Shown: positions 30,558-45,095 of the stretch, in pieces
How positions within the stretch are numbered: the first letter of the stretch is position 1
Layout: every line of letters begins with the position of its first letter
NCBI GenBank assembly: GCA_003331545.1
Contig: QOPC01000004.1
Span: forward strand, 1-46,774
DNA length: 46,774 bases
Origin: SAR86 cluster bacterium
Lineage (GTDB): Bacteria; Pseudomonadota; Gammaproteobacteria; Magnimaribacterales; D2472
Direction of reading: 5' to 3'
The notes under the pieces: model-generated
The model's database searches: none
Told to the model about the DNA's origin: nothing
The model's input: only the letters and a program-made list of their open reading frames with translations
Translations under genes and position numbers: made by a program

Positions 30558-31949
30558 ATGTTAAATTCTATCGCAATTCTTGGCCGACCTAATGTAGGTA
30601 AGTCTTCCTTATTTAATAAACTTACAAAAAGTAGGAATGCAATAGTCTCTGATTTCTCTGGTCTTACGAAAGACAGAAATTTTGGATATGTATCAATAAA
30701 AAATCAACAATATCTATTTATTGATACTGGAGGAGTCGGTTCTGAGATTACAGATTTTAGCGAAGCAATCACTCAACAAGCTTTATTAGCTGCTGAGGAT
30801 TCAAATTTAATCTTGTTACTCTTTGATGCCTCAGAAGAATTAACTTCTGATGATATTAATTTATTCGAAATAATTCGAAAAATGAATAAAAATTTTTTTA
30901 TTGTTTTAAATAAAATTGATATCAAGAAAAGATCTAACCTTAAAGATGATCTCTTAAAACGGGGTTCTGGAGAAATACTTGAAGTGAGTGCAGAGCATTC
31001 AAAAGGCATTAAAGAATTGCAATCATATATATCAGAACAGTTTAATGAGGATCATTTAATAACCAATACCAATGAGGATTTAGGAACAAAAATAGCTGTG
31101 ATTGGAAGACCTAATGCAGGTAAATCTACCTTTATTAATCAATTTACTAAACAAGATCGTTTAATTGTTTCAGAAATTCCGGGAACAACCATTGATTCCA
31201 TTCATGTGCCATTTATTTTCGATAAAGAAAATTTTGTTTTTATTGATACTGCTGGAATAAGAAAAAGGTATAAACAGAGTCATGCTGTTGAATATTTTTC
31301 TTATGTTAGAGCTATGCACTCTGTCGATGAATCTGACATTGTATTACTGTTGATAGATGCAACTGATGGAGTTGTTGATCAAGATCTTAGAATTTTAAAT
31401 TTGATAAGGGGTTACGGGAAACCAGTTGTAGTTGCTCTCAACAAAGTAGATGAATTATCAGCTAAGTCGATAATCCAGCTAAGTGAAACGAAGAAATTTC
31501 AAAATTCAGCATTAAATGACTTGGTTATAGTAGAGATTTCCGCATTACACAAACGTGGATTTAAAAAACTTTTTAATGCTTTGGCAAGAGTTAACAAATT
31601 AGCACAAACAAAGTTTACAACTGGTAAATTGAATAAACTGCTTTCAAAGTTTACTAGTCTGACAAATACTCCAAGTATTGCTGGTAGACAAATCAAGATG
31701 AGATATGTTCATTTTGGAGGTATCCATCCTACAAAATTAATAATTCATTCTAATTTTTCATCCAAAATACCTGCAAATTATAAACGTTACCTAATCAATT
31801 CATTTAGGCATGAACTTGACCTTAAAAGTATTGAATTAAGTATTAGTTTTAAAAAGGGGGATAACCCCTACGAGGGCAAAAAAAATAAATTATCTACAAG
31901 ACAAATAAAAAAGAAAAAGCGTCTTATCAAGCATACAAAAAAAAGTTAA
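30558..31949 (+). CDS. der: Ribosome biogenesis GTPase Der (EngA)
   Basis: Two G domains: GRPNVGKS/DTGG/NKID and GRPNAGKS/DTAGIR/NKVD. Confidence 0.97.
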   Translation: MLNSIAILGRPNVGKSSLFNKLTKSRNAIVSDFSGLTKDRNFGYVSIKNQQYLFIDTGGVGSEITDFSEAITQQALLAAEDSNLILLLFDASEELTSDDINLFEIIRKMNKNFFIVLNKIDIKKRSNLKDDLLKRGSGEILEVSAEHSKGIKELQSYISEQFNEDHLITNTNEDLGTKIAVIGRPNAGKSTFINQFTKQDRLIVSEIPGTTIDSIHVPFIFDKENFVFIDTAGIRKRYKQSHAVEYFSYVRAMHSVDESDIVLLLIDATDGVVDQDLRILNLIRGYGKPVVVALNKVDELSAKSIIQLSETKKFQNSALNDLVIVEISALHKRGFKKLFNALARVNKLAQTKFTTGKLNKLLSKFTSLTNTPSIAGRQIKMRYVHFGGIHPTKLIIHSNFSSKIPANYKRYLINSFRHELDLKSIELSISFKKGDNPYEGKKNKLSTRQIKKKKRLIKHTKKS

Positions 31950-31962
31950 ATAATTTTCTTAT

Positions 31963-31981
31963 ATTGTAGTATAACTACAAT
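31963..31981. promoter_or_regulatory. Palindromic operator-like site upstream of sdhC
   Basis: ATTGTAGT-ATA-ACTACAAT, perfect 8-bp inverted repeat; resembles HexR/RccR TGTAR-N5-YTACA sites. Confidence 0.5.
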
Positions 31982-32092
31982 GAATAATGTCTGTATGTAC
32001 TATTTTATATACATTTTTTTAATTATTGACTTTAAAAATTACATAAACTTAAATAGCACTACATATTTAACTAAGAATATATTTATTTTAAT

Positions 32093-32101
32093 TGGTACAA
32101 T
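32093..32101 (+). promoter_or_regulatory. Candidate extended -10 promoter for the sdh-suc operon
   Basis: TG-G-TACAAT about 30 nt upstream of the sdhC ATG; the AT-rich context limits certainty. Confidence 0.45.
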
Positions 32102-32130
32102 TAATATAGTTAGATATAAGAAGGGAACAT

Positions 32131-32526
32131 ATGTCTATTAACCACAACAAAGTTAGGCCAGTTTATATGAATTTATTTCAGATTAGGCTTCCTATTTCTG
32201 CGATTTCTTCAATAACCCACCGATTGGCTGGAATATATATATTTTTTATCTCTCTTCCTCTCTTTCTATTCCTTCTCTATTTTACAACAAAAAGTTACAA
32301 TGACTTCATGTTCATCCAACAAGCTTTTAATAACTCAATATTTTTTTCAACATTTGTCTCTTTTAGTTTTCTAGTTTTTGCATATCACATATTAACTGGT
32401 GTTCGTCATTTGCTTCAGGATTTACATATTGGTGAATCATTAAGTGCCTCAAGAGTTTCATCCTATATAGTTTTTATATTATGGTTTTTGTTGACATTGT
32501 TTGTCATTTGGATGTTTTACCTATGA
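32131..32526 (+). CDS. sdhC: Succinate dehydrogenase cytochrome b556 subunit
   Basis: RPVYMNL, SITHRLAG, YHILTGVRHLLQD. Confidence 0.95.
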   Translation: MSINHNKVRPVYMNLFQIRLPISAISSITHRLAGIYIFFISLPLFLFLLYFTTKSYNDFMFIQQAFNNSIFFSTFVSFSFLVFAYHILTGVRHLLQDLHIGESLSASRVSSYIVFILWFLLTLFVIWMFYL

Positions 32527-32882
32527 TAGGTTCTACTTTATTCTTTGCTCAGCGTTTTTCAGCTGTATTTTTATTGGCCTATGTTATTTGGCTAATTACC
32601 TTTTTCATTTTTAATCAACCCTTCGAATTTAGTACTTGGGTTCAGTTTACAAATCAACAGAAATTTCTTATTTTTACCAGTGCAGTTGCTTTAATAATTC
32701 CATTGCATGCATTCATTGGTTTATGGACGATAGGCACTGATTACTTTACTCAAAGAACACTTGGTTTTCTTAATAATCGTTTGTCTCAATATGCCGGTCT
32801 CATCAGGGGTGCTTATACTTTCTTATTCACTATTTGGGGTTTTTTAATTGTTTTTTTTATTTTATTTATTATCTGGAGCTAA
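32523..32882 (+). CDS. sdhD: Succinate dehydrogenase membrane anchor
   Basis: QRFSAV.L..Y, HAFIGLWTIGTDY; start set at ATG 32523 (ATGA overlap with the sdhC stop). Confidence 0.93.
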   Translation: MIGSTLFFAQRFSAVFLLAYVIWLITFFIFNQPFEFSTWVQFTNQQKFLIFTSAVALIIPLHAFIGLWTIGTDYFTQRTLGFLNNRLSQYAGLIRGAYTFLFTIWGFLIVFFILFIIWS

Positions 32883-32885
32883 ATT

Positions 32886-34667
32886 TTGAGTACTTTAAAT
32901 TCATCTAATATAAAAACTCTAGAGTTTGATGTTCTGGTTATTGGCGGTGGTGGATCAGGAATGAGAACCTCATTAGAGTTAGCAAAATCTGGATTGAAGA
33001 CAGCTGTTGTATCAAAAGTTTTTCCAACAAGATCTCATACTGTTTCAGCCCAAGGAGGAATTACCTGTGCTATTGCCAGCGCAGATCCTCAAGATGATTG
33101 GCGCTGGCATATGTATGACACTGTTAAAGGCTCTGATTATATTGGAGATCAAGACGCGATTGAGTATATGTGTTCAGAGGGCCCAAAAGCTGTATTTGAG
33201 CTTGAGCATATGGGCCTTCCATTTTCTAGAACAGAGAATGGGAGAATTTATCAAAGACCTTTTGGCGGTCAGTCTAAGGATTTTGGAAAGGGCGGACAAG
33301 CGGCAAGAACTTGCGCTGCTGCAGATAGAACAGGACATGCTTTGCTTCATACTCTTTATCAAAATAATGTTAAAGAGGGTTCTAATTTTCTTAATGAATG
33401 GTTTGCAGTGGACTTAGTTCTAAATCAATTTAAAGAAGTAACTGGAGTAGTTGCATTTTCCATTGAATCTGGCGAGGTTGCCTATCTCAAAGCACAAGCA
33501 ACAGTATTAGCTACAGGTGGAGCAGGAAGAATTTATTCCTCCACAACAAATGCTCTTATAAATACAGGAGATGGTCTTGGAATGGCTTTAAGAGCAGGTA
33601 TTCCAGCACAAGATATGGAGATGTGGCAATTTCATCCAACCGGAATATATGGAGCGGGCTCTCTTGTTACTGAGGGGTGCCGAGGAGAAGGTGGTTACCT
33701 CATAAATAAAGATGGCGAAAGATTCATGGAGAGATATGCACCTAATGCTAAAGATCTTGCTGGAAGAGATGTTGTGGCACGTTCAATGGTTCTAGAAATC
33801 TTAGAGGGCAGAGGATGCGGTGATGATAAAGATCATGTATATCTAAAACTTGATCATTTGGGGGCAGACGTATTAAACGCGAAACTTCCTGGTATTTGTG
33901 AGCTTTCTAGAACATTTGCTGCAGTAGACCCAATATATGAGCCTATTCCAGTAGTTCCTACATGCCACTATATGATGGGCGGCACACCTACAAATATCCA
34001 TGGTCAAGCATTTAACATTGGTAGTGATAATAATTATATTCCTGGTCTATTTTCCGTAGGTGAAGCAGCATGTGTTTCTGTTCATGGTGCAAACAGACTC
34101 GGTGGGAATTCACTTTTAGATTTAGTTGTCTTTGGAAGAGCCGCCGGAATTCATATCAATGAAGCATTAAAATCAGGTGGTGGGGTTGCTGATGCTAATA
34201 AAGATGATATTGATAAAGCTCTTGATGGCTTGAATAAGTTAAATGAATCAACCTCTGGACATGAAGTATCATCTGTGAAGAAAGAACTTCAAGAAGTCAT
34301 GCAAAATTATTTTGGAGTATTTAGAAGAGGAGATTACATGGAAAAAGGTGTTGCTGCACTTTCTGATATTAGAGAAAAAATTAATAATTTATATGTTGAA
34401 GATAAAAGTTCTGCCTTTAACACCAATAGAGTTGAAGCAATTGAACTTCAGAATTTATTTGAGGTCGCTGAAGCAACAGCTATTTCATCTCTTCAAAGAA
34501 CTGAAAGCAGGGGAGCTCATGCTAGAGAAGATTTTCCTGACAGAGATGATGAAAATTGGCTCTGTCATTCATTATATGATCCAACCACGAAGGTTTTAGG
34601 GAAAAGACACGTAAACTTTGAGCCTCATCAAGTCGAAGCATTCCCTCCAAAAATTAGAACTTACTAG
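32886..34667 (+). CDS. sdhA: Succinate dehydrogenase flavoprotein
   Basis: [16 protein letters not shown] (FAD-His), [19 protein letters not shown]. Confidence 0.99.
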   Translation: MSTLNSSNIKTLEFDVLVIGGGGSGMRTSLELAKSGLKTAVVSKVFPTRSHTVSAQGGITCAIASADPQDDWRWHMYDTVKGSDYIGDQDAIEYMCSEGPKAVFELEHMGLPFSRTENGRIYQRPFGGQSKDFGKGGQAARTCAAADRTGHALLHTLYQNNVKEGSNFLNEWFAVDLVLNQFKEVTGVVAFSIESGEVAYLKAQATVLATGGAGRIYSSTTNALINTGDGLGMALRAGIPAQDMEMWQFHPTGIYGAGSLVTEGCRGEGGYLINKDGERFMERYAPNAKDLAGRDVVARSMVLEILEGRGCGDDKDHVYLKLDHLGADVLNAKLPGICELSRTFAAVDPIYEPIPVVPTCHYMMGGTPTNIHGQAFNIGSDNNYIPGLFSVGEAACVSVHGANRLGGNSLLDLVVFGRAAGIHINEALKSGGGVADANKDDIDKALDGLNKLNESTSGHEVSSVKKELQEVMQNYFGVFRRGDYMEKGVAALSDIREKINNLYVEDKSSAFNTNRVEAIELQNLFEVAEATAISSLQRTESRGAHAREDFPDRDDENWLCHSLYDPTTKVLGKRHVNFEPHQVEAFPPKIRTY

Positions 34668-34679
34668 ATATCCAAACCA

Positions 34680-35417
34680 ATGATAAGTATTAACATTTAT
34701 AGATATAACCCAGAAACTGATCAGTTTCCTTACATGCAGACCTTTGAGTTTGAGAAACCTAAAAGAGATATCATGGTTTTAGAGCTTTTAAATCAGTTAA
34801 AAACAAAAGACCCCACTATTTCATACAGAAGATCATGCAGGGAGGGAGTTTGTGGCTCTGATGGTATGAACATAAATGGAAAAAATGGTTTGGCATGTAT
34901 TACTCCTTTATCTTCTGTGATTAAAAAAAATAAATTAGACCTTAGGCCATTGCCTGGACTTCCAGTTGTAAGGGATCTGGTAGTAGATATGACTGAATTC
35001 TATGCTCAATATGAAAAGATTAAGCCTTTCCTTCAAAATGATACTCCCGTTGACATTGGGGAAAGACTCCAATCTCCAGAAGATAGAGATAAATTGGATG
35101 GTTTATATGAGTGCATTTTATGCGCATGCTGTTCAACAAGTTGCCCATCATTCTGGTGGAATCCTGATAAGTTTGTAGGCCCGGCTGCTCTTCTTCAGGC
35201 TTACAGGTTCATAGCTGACTCTAGGGACACAAAAACTGCAGAAAGACTTCAAAGTTTGTCTGACCCATTCAGTGTTTATAGGTGCCACGGAATTATGAAT
35301 TGTGTCAGCGTATGCCCAAAGGGTCTTAACCCGAATGAGGCGATCGGTGAAATTAAATCAATGCTCCTTTCTAATAAAAATAAAAAAAATATTATTACCT
35401 CAGATAAAGTTGGTTAA
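34680..35417 (+). CDS. sdhB: Succinate dehydrogenase Fe-S subunit
   Basis: SCREGVCGSD, CILCACCSTSCP, CHGIMNCVSVCPKGLNP. Confidence 0.99.
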   Translation: MISINIYRYNPETDQFPYMQTFEFEKPKRDIMVLELLNQLKTKDPTISYRRSCREGVCGSDGMNINGKNGLACITPLSSVIKKNKLDLRPLPGLPVVRDLVVDMTEFYAQYEKIKPFLQNDTPVDIGERLQSPEDRDKLDGLYECILCACCSTSCPSFWWNPDKFVGPAALLQAYRFIADSRDTKTAERLQSLSDPFSVYRCHGIMNCVSVCPKGLNPNEAIGEIKSMLLSNKNKKNIITSDKVG

Positions 35418-35423
35418 GAAAAA

Positions 35424-38240
35424 ATGAATAATATGGAGAGATTTTGGGCCACCTCTCATACAGCTGGTGCTCAAAGCGCATATCTTGAATCCTTATACGA
35501 ATCTTACCTAAAAGATAGCTCATCCATCCCGCAAGACTGGAAAATTTACTTTGATTCTTTGCCCAATGTAAACGATTCGCAGAAAGAAGTTTCTCACCAA
35601 GAAATAATCAATAGATTCAGAGAGGAGGAGGTTAATACGTCCTCAGATTCTGCAGCTCAAAAAATTCAACCTAGCTATAAACAAACTAAGGTTTCTCAAT
35701 TAATTCAAGCATATAGAAGCAGAGGGCATTTAAATGCAAACCTAGATCCGCTAGGCTTAAAGCTTTCTCGAAATTGTGAGGACTTGGATATTGGATTTCA
35801 TGATTTAGAGTCCACGGATTTATCTGATGAATTTGAACTAGATTCATTAGACATAGGTAAAAAGTCAGCTAAATTGTCTGAAATTATCCAAGCATTAGAA
35901 AAAATATATTGCGGCACTTTAGGGGTCGAATATAACTATATTTCGTCATTAAATGAAAGAAAGTGGTTTCAAAAAAGGCTTGAGCCAAACTTAGGAAATT
36001 TAGAATTTAATCCAGCAGAGCAAAAATATATATTAAAACGTTTGAGTTCAGCAGAGGGCCTTGCAAAATTCCTGGCATCAAGGTATCCAGGTATGAAAAG
36101 ATTTGGAATTGATGGAGCTGAATCACTAATTCCATTGGTTGACAGCCTGATTCAAAATTGTGGTGTCTTTGGTGCAGAGCAGATTTGTTTTGGAATGGCA
36201 CATAGAGGAAGATTAAATCTTTTGGTAAACGTTTTGGGGAAGTCTCCAAAAGAACTATTTACTGAATTTGAAGAGGATTATGAGTTAGAAGGTGCTAGTA
36301 CAGGAGACGTTAAGTATCATCTTGGCTCATCAACCAATATTTTAACTCCCAATGGAGAGGTGCATGTTTCATTAGCCAACAATCCATCTCACCTCGAAAT
36401 TGTTGATCCAGTTGTCCTTGGTTCCGTAAGAGGAAGACAAGATAGACTGAAGGACAAAAATAAAGAACTTGTAATTCCGATCTTAATTCATGGGGATGCA
36501 TCTTTTTCCGGGCAAGGAGTTGTAATGGAAACACTGCAGATGTCTCAAACTAGAGGCTATGGTGTGGGGGGAACAATTCACGTAATAGTTAATAATCAAA
36601 TAGGCTTTACTACATCAAATGAGGAGGATTCTCGCTCGACTCAATATGCAACTGACGTGGCTAAGATGATCGAAGCTCCAGTTCTACATGTAAATGGTGA
36701 TGATCCTGAAATGGTTGTATTCGCTGCTAAATTGGCTTGTGAATACAGATACAACTTTAAAAAAGATATTGTCATTGATATGTTTTGCTACAGAAGAAGA
36801 GGACACAATGAAGCAGATGAGCCCTCCTCAACGCAACCAATCATGTACCAAAAAATTGCAAATCAAGCCTCTGTTAAGAGTTCCTATCAAGATAAACTCA
36901 TCTCTTTAAAAGTTGTGACTCAGTCTGAATGCGATGAGTCAGAAAAAAAATATAGATCAGCAATAGAACAAGGAGATTCTGTTGTACACAACCTTGCTAC
37001 TAAGCCGAATGAGTCTATGTGGTTTGATTGGACACCATATATGGATCAAAAAGGGGACGTTAAAATTGAATCTTCATTCGATAGAGAAAAATTCAAAAAT
37101 CTTGCCTATCAAGCATTCTCGCCACCTGAGAATTTTGTTTTACAGAGACAAGTGCAGAAAATTTTTTCTGATAGGCTTGAAATGGCAGATGGAAGCATTC
37201 CTGTAAACTGGGGTTTTGCTGAAAACATGGCTTATGCAACCCTTTTAGATCAAGGATATCCTATTAGATTTTCTGGCCAAGATATAAGAAGAGGAACATT
37301 TTCTCATCGGCATGCAGCTGTTTTTAACCAAGAAGATGGCAAAGCACATATGCCTTTGGTTCAGATTGCAGAAAACTCTAATACAACACTTGATATCTAT
37401 GATTCTCTTTTATCAGAGGAAGCTGTTCTTGGTTTTGAATATGGCTATTCTGCAACAAGCCCATATGGATTAGTTATATGGGAGGCTCAATTTGGAGATT
37501 TTGTTAATGGAGCTCAGGTTGTTATTGATCAATTTATTGTTTCTGCTGAGCACAAATGGGAGAGGTTATCTGGACTGGTTATGCTTCTTCCCCATGGGTA
37601 TGAGGGTCAAGGACCAGAACACAGTAGCGCAAGATTAGAAAGATTTCTGCAATTATGTGCATATGAAAATATTCAAGTATGTGTCCCAAGCACCCCAGCT
37701 CAGATATATCACTTACTAAGATTCCAAACCATTCGCATGATGAGAAGACCGCTTGTTGTCATATCACCTAAGAGCCTATTAAGAAATCCACAGGCAGTTT
37801 CTTCAATTCATGAATTGACCGATGGCTTTTTTCAGTATGTGATTGATGACTGTCTTGAAGACCCAGAGAAGGTTGAAAAAGTAATTATGTGTTCAGGAAA
37901 AGTTTTTTATGATCTATCGTCAAAAAGAGAAGAACTTGGCATTGAAAATGCTGCTCTAATAAGAATCGAGCAACTATATCCATTTCCATATGACACTCTT
38001 GAAAAAATTCTTAAAACTTATAAAAATGCTGTCAAATTTGTTTGGTGCCAAGAAGAACCAACAAATCAAGGAGCTTGGTATAACCATCGTCATAGGTTGC
38101 AGGCAGTGCTAGATAGGATGAATATAAAAAATGAAATAGCATTGGTGAGTCGAGAAGCCTCATCAGCACCCGCAGTAGGATTAAATAAATTACACAATCA
38201 ACAACAAGAAGCTTTGGTAAAAGAAGCTTTATTATTCTAG
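35424..38240 (+). CDS. sucA: 2-oxoglutarate dehydrogenase E1
   Basis: [55 protein letters not shown]. Confidence 0.99.
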   Translation: MNNMERFWATSHTAGAQSAYLESLYESYLKDSSSIPQDWKIYFDSLPNVNDSQKEVSHQEIINRFREEEVNTSSDSAAQKIQPSYKQTKVSQLIQAYRSRGHLNANLDPLGLKLSRNCEDLDIGFHDLESTDLSDEFELDSLDIGKKSAKLSEIIQALEKIYCGTLGVEYNYISSLNERKWFQKRLEPNLGNLEFNPAEQKYILKRLSSAEGLAKFLASRYPGMKRFGIDGAESLIPLVDSLIQNCGVFGAEQICFGMAHRGRLNLLVNVLGKSPKELFTEFEEDYELEGASTGDVKYHLGSSTNILTPNGEVHVSLANNPSHLEIVDPVVLGSVRGRQDRLKDKNKELVIPILIHGDASFSGQGVVMETLQMSQTRGYGVGGTIHVIVNNQIGFTTSNEEDSRSTQYATDVAKMIEAPVLHVNGDDPEMVVFAAKLACEYRYNFKKDIVIDMFCYRRRGHNEADEPSSTQPIMYQKIANQASVKSSYQDKLISLKVVTQSECDESEKKYRSAIEQGDSVVHNLATKPNESMWFDWTPYMDQKGDVKIESSFDREKFKNLAYQAFSPPENFVLQRQVQKIFSDRLEMADGSIPVNWGFAENMAYATLLDQGYPIRFSGQDIRRGTFSHRHAAVFNQEDGKAHMPLVQIAENSNTTLDIYDSLLSEEAVLGFEYGYSATSPYGLVIWEAQFGDFVNGAQVVIDQFIVSAEHKWERLSGLVMLLPHGYEGQGPEHSSARLERFLQLCAYENIQVCVPSTPAQIYHLLRFQTIRMMRRPLVVISPKSLLRNPQAVSSIHELTDGFFQYVIDDCLEDPEKVEKVIMCSGKVFYDLSSKREELGIENAALIRIEQLYPFPYDTLEKILKTYKNAVKFVWCQEEPTNQGAWYNHRHRLQAVLDRMNIKNEIALVSREASSAPAVGLNKLHNQQQEALVKEALLF

Positions 38241-38250
38241 AGAAATAATT

Positions 38251-39510
38251 ATGTCTACAGAAATCAAATCACCAACATTCCCAGAGTCTGTCGCAGATGG
38301 AACTATTGCAAACTGGGTAAAGAAAGAGGGCGATCAGGTAAAACAAGATGAAGTAATTGCTGAAATAGAAACAGATAAAGTAGTTTTAGAAGTTGTTGCC
38401 CCATTTGATGGAAAAATCTCTAAAGTTCTAAAACCTGCAGGAGAAACTGTTTTAAGTGCTGAGCTCATAGCAGAATTTGAAAAAGGATCAATTAGCGAGG
38501 AATTAGAAGCTACTAAAGTTGAACCATTGGAGGAAACTGAAGAAATAGAGGAGGTTGCAGTAACTGAAGAAGCAAAAGAAGAAGTGGAAATAGAAAATCA
38601 AAATGAACATTCATCAGATCGTAATGGGCCAGCGGTTAAAAAATTATTAAAAGAATATGATCTCAATCCTGATGATATTGCGAGCTCCGGAAAAGGGGGA
38701 AGAGTTACCAAAGCCGATGTAATTAATCATTTAGATCAGCCTAGCAAAGAGATTGTTCAACAGGAAATTGAGCAGCATTCAGCAAATCAAGCCCAAGCAA
38801 ATTCCTCTGAAAGAATAGAAGAGCGTGTACCAATGTCCAGACTGCGTTCAACTATTGCCAATAGATTGCTTACCGTTAAACAAGAAACCGCAATGCTAAC
38901 AACTTTTAATGAGGTTGATCTCAAACGAATCAAAGACTTGAGAGCTAAGTATGGTAAAAATTTTGAAGAGGAGCATGGAGTCAAATTGGGTTTCATGGGC
39001 TTCTTTGTATTAGCATCAGTTCAAGCTTTAAAGAAATTTCCATTAGTAAATGCTTCCATTGATGGAACTGATATTGTTTATCATGGGTATCAGGATGTAG
39101 GTGTTGCTGTCTCTACTGAAAGGGGCTTAGTAGTTCCTGTAATTAGGGATGCAGGTAATCTAAAAATAACTGATGTTGAAAGATCTATTTTAGATTATTC
39201 AGATAAAGCCAGGAGTGGAAAACTTTCAATCTCTGAAATGCAGGGAGGTACATTTACAATTTCTAATGGTGGCGTCTTTGGATCCTTATTATCTACGCCA
39301 ATTTTAAATGCTCCTCAAACTGCAATACTGGGAATGCATTCTATTCAAGATCGACCTGTTGCAATAGATGGTGAGATTGTGATCCGTCCGATGATGTATT
39401 TGGCTCTCAGCTACGACCACAGATTGCTTGATGGAAAAGATGCAGTTTCATTTTTGATAGCTATCAAAGATCAATTAGAGTCTCCCGAAAAACTCTTATT
39501 AAATCTATAA
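38251..39510 (+). CDS. sucB: Dihydrolipoamide succinyltransferase E2
   Basis: Lipoyl [30 protein letters not shown]. Confidence 0.98.
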   Translation: MSTEIKSPTFPESVADGTIANWVKKEGDQVKQDEVIAEIETDKVVLEVVAPFDGKISKVLKPAGETVLSAELIAEFEKGSISEELEATKVEPLEETEEIEEVAVTEEAKEEVEIENQNEHSSDRNGPAVKKLLKEYDLNPDDIASSGKGGRVTKADVINHLDQPSKEIVQQEIEQHSANQAQANSSERIEERVPMSRLRSTIANRLLTVKQETAMLTTFNEVDLKRIKDLRAKYGKNFEEEHGVKLGFMGFFVLASVQALKKFPLVNASIDGTDIVYHGYQDVGVAVSTERGLVVPVIRDAGNLKITDVERSILDYSDKARSGKLSISEMQGGTFTISNGGVFGSLLSTPILNAPQTAILGMHSIQDRPVAIDGEIVIRPMMYLALSYDHRLLDGKDAVSFLIAIKDQLESPEKLLLNL

Positions 39511-42091
<2,581 letters not shown>

Positions 42092-42095
<4 letters not shown>

Positions 42096-42961
42096 GTATA
42101 TTGGTTGATAAAGATACTCGTTTGTTGGTTCAAGGTTTTACCGGTTCTCAAGCTACATTGCATTCAGAACAATCAATTGAATATGGAACAAATATTGTTG
42201 GAGGAGTTACCCCTGGTAAAGGAGGGCAGAAACATTTAGATATTCCAGTTTTTAACTCTGTTCATGAGGCTGTTGAGGCCGTAAAACCGAATGCTTCAAT
42301 CATTTTTGTTCCTGCTCAATTTTGTAAAGATTCAATCTTAGAGGCAGCCGATGCTGGAATAAAATTAATTATTTGCATTACCGAAGGAGTTCCAACTTTG
42401 GATATGCTTATTGTAAAAAAGAAAATTGATGAGTTAGGTGTAACATTAATAGGTCCAAACTGCCCAGGGGTCATAACACCAGGTGAGGCAAAATTAGGAA
42501 TAATGCCAGGTAGTATCCATATGCAAGGATCGGTGGGCGTTATCTCTAGATCTGGCACCTTAACTTACGAAGCGGTCAAGCAAACAACCGATCTAAAACT
42601 TGGCCAAAGTACTTGCGTTGGTATAGGTGGCGATCCAATCCCTGGAACTTCTTTTATTGATGTCTTAAAAATGATGGAGGCAGATGACCAAACCAAAGCA
42701 ATAGTCATGGTTGGAGAGATTGGCGGAACGGCTGAAGAAGAAGCTGCAGAGTATATAAGAGATCATCTCTCCAAACCTGTAATTTCATATATTGCTGGTC
42801 AAACCGCTCCAGCTGGTAAAAGAATGGGCCATGCAGGTGCAATTATTGCTGGAGGTAAGGGCACGGCTGCAGACAAAATTAAAAAATTAGAGGAATGCGG
42901 CGTTCACATAGCTGAAAATTTGCTTCAAATTGGCTCTAAAGTTAAAGAAGTTCTGGGTTAG
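42092..42961 (+). CDS. sucD: Succinyl-CoA synthetase alpha subunit
   Basis: [23 protein letters not shown] (phospho-His). Confidence 0.99.
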
Positions 42962-44309
42962 ATCTTGCTATGAATTTGCTAGCAATATAATTCAACCTTG
43001 GAATAATTAAACCTGCAAATATTGTTAAACCAGTAATCATGCCTATCCAGATACCTGATGGGCCCATGGGGTCTCCAAATATCCCAAAATAAGTTAAAAA
43101 ATATCCAACAGGTAAAGCAACAAACCAGTAGGTTAAAATGATCATTAGCATTGGAGCAAATGTATCCTTGTAACCTCTCAGACTTCCTAAGGCACCCATT
43201 TGCATCCCATCTGGAATCTGAAAAATTGCGCCAAATAATAAAAGATTCATTGCAATTGTTGCAACAGCTAGATCTGAAGAGTAAAGCGAAACAAGATTGT
43301 CTCTGAAAATTAAAATAATCACCATATTCAATATTGCTCCCGCAAAACAGATGAAGATGGCAATATTGGAAGCGTACTTAGCTTGATGTAATTTTTTCTC
43401 ACCTACTAAGTTACCTATTCTGGTTGCAGCTGCAAGACCAAAAGATAAAGGCAAGATGAACAAAACACTTACTATATTTATTGCTACTGTATGCCCACTA
43501 ATTACTGTGGCTCCAAGCGACCCCAATATCAAAGCCGCGCCTGAAAACATGCTTAGTTCTACAAACACCCCAAAACCAATAGGCAAACCTAATTTAAGAG
43601 CTTCCTTGGTTGTATCCAAATTTGGTAAAGAGAATTTTGAAAATATTTTTGTTGGTCTATATTCTTTCTTTTTAATTATGACTAAAACTAAAACGATTAC
43701 TCCAATAACTACATTTATAGATGTTGCAATTCCACAGCCAACTCCTCCCATTGGAGGTATGCCAAAATAACCATAAACAAAAATAATGTCCAAAGGGATA
43801 TTTAAAACCATTCCAATAAATGCAACCCAAAAAACAGGAAGAGTAAGACCCATGCCTTCGCTGTAGCACCGAAGACATGTAAAAAGCATATTGGCAATAA
43901 AACCAAATGACATTGCTTTTAAATAGCCATCTGAAATCTGTGCAATATTCTCCTCAATATCAAAGAAGGGAATAAAAAAACTTAAATTTCTATAAAGAAT
44001 AAAACCAATAAAACCTAAAGCGAGGCTAACCCAAAGAATTTCTCGGACTTTTTGCCCAATTTCTTCATATTTCCTTGCTCCAAAAAGTTGAGCAACTATT
44101 GGAGTTACAGCAAATAGACACCCACCCAAAAGAAAATAAAATGGCATAGAAAGCGCGTTACCTATAGCTAACCCGGATAAATCTAGTGCGCTCGCTCTTC
44201 CTGCAACTATAGTATCGGTAACTCCCATCCCCATGTATGAAATTTGTGACCCATAGATTGGAATACCTATTTTAAGTAATTGTTTTAGTTCTTTTAATAA
44301 ATTTTTCAA
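42942..44309 (-). CDS. MATE family efflux transporter (NorM-like)
   Basis: DTIVAGR, LNIPLD..F.YG.FG.P.MG..GCG.AT, LGLPIG, FQIPDG.Q...G.LRGYKDT; start uncertain (TTG 44309 or ORF track 44348). Confidence 0.92.
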   Translation of the reverse strand: MKNLLKELKQLLKIGIPIYGSQISYMGMGVTDTIVAGRASALDLSGLAIGNALSMPFYFLLGGCLFAVTPIVAQLFGARKYEEIGQKVREILWVSLALGFIGFILYRNLSFFIPFFDIEENIAQISDGYLKAMSFGFIANMLFTCLRCYSEGMGLTLPVFWVAFIGMVLNIPLDIIFVYGYFGIPPMGGVGCGIATSINVVIGVIVLVLVIIKKKEYRPTKIFSKFSLPNLDTTKEALKLGLPIGFGVFVELSMFSGAALILGSLGATVISGHTVAINIVSVLFILPLSFGLAAATRIGNLVGEKKLHQAKYASNIAIFICFAGAILNMVIILIFRDNLVSLYSSDLAVATIAMNLLLFGAIFQIPDGMQMGALGSLRGYKDTFAPMLMIILTYWFVALPVGYFLTYFGIFGDPMGPSGIWIGMITGLTIFAGLIIPRLNYIASKFIARSNPELL

Positions 44310-44375
44310 AAAATAAGCCCAGAAATTTCTCGGTACTTTATCATACAAGGACTAGATTAAAATCGGAGATGAAAA

Positions 44376-45095
44376 ATTAGAAAAGACAGTCGCCCATATT
44401 GGTTAAAAAAAATTGCTTCAAAGCTAACTCTGCGATATGTAAACAGATTTCTTAGGCCTCAATTTAAAAGTTTAGGAAAGGGGCCCGTATTTTTTAAACC
44501 AAGATTTATTAAATTATTTGGTTCTAATATATCCGTTGGCAACTTTCCGACATTTATTTCTGCGCCAGATGATTATATTCAAATTACTAGTTGGGATACT
44601 GGTGAATGGAATGGAAAAGTTGATATTGGGAATTATGTATTAATTTCTCCTGGTGTAAGAATCATGGCTGCAGAGAGTGTGATGATTGGTGATTCTTGCA
44701 TGTTTGGGCATGGAGCGTGCGTAACTGACGCAGATTGGCATGGAATTTATGATAGAACAAAAGTTGTTGGAGATCCTAAACCAGTTGTATTAGATGAAAA
44801 CGTTTGGATTGGCGAGGATTCCATGATCTGCAAAGGGGTTAAAATTGGAAAAAATTCTATTATCGGAGCAAGGTCAGTTGTTACAAAAGATATTCCTCAA
44901 AATACTATATATGCAGGAAATCCAGCAGTATTTATTAGAGATCTTGATGATGGTGAATTTACTACCCGCAAAGATTTTTTCAAAGATCCAATTAAATTAG
45001 CTAAAGATTTTGATTTACTTGATCAATATACACTAGGTCAAAATTCTATCTTTGGCTGGATAAAAAGCTTATTCTTCAGGGATAAATCCCATTGA
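44376..45095 (+). CDS. Hexapeptide-repeat (LbH) acyltransferase, about 239 aa, probable ATT start
   Basis: Frame open from 44373 (IRKDSRPYWLKK...FLRPQF...IGNYVLISPGVRI) into the ORF-track protein with DADWH, ENVWIG, IGARSVVTKDIP, AGNPA motifs. Confidence 0.8.
   Translation: MRKDSRPYWLKKIASKLTLRYVNRFLRPQFKSLGKGPVFFKPRFIKLFGSNISVGNFPTFISAPDDYIQITSWDTGEWNGKVDIGNYVLISPGVRIMAAESVMIGDSCMFGHGACVTDADWHGIYDRTKVVGDPKPVVLDENVWIGEDSMICKGVKIGKNSIIGARSVVTKDIPQNTIYAGNPAVFIRDLDDGEFTTRKDFFKDPIKLAKDFDLLDQYTLGQNSIFGWIKSLFFRDKSH

Noticed and set aside
31950-32130. Small RNA, riboswitch or replication origin in the AT-rich intergenic region
   Set aside because: No DnaA boxes, conserved RNA motif or terminator was recognisable; a promoter/operator region explains it better.
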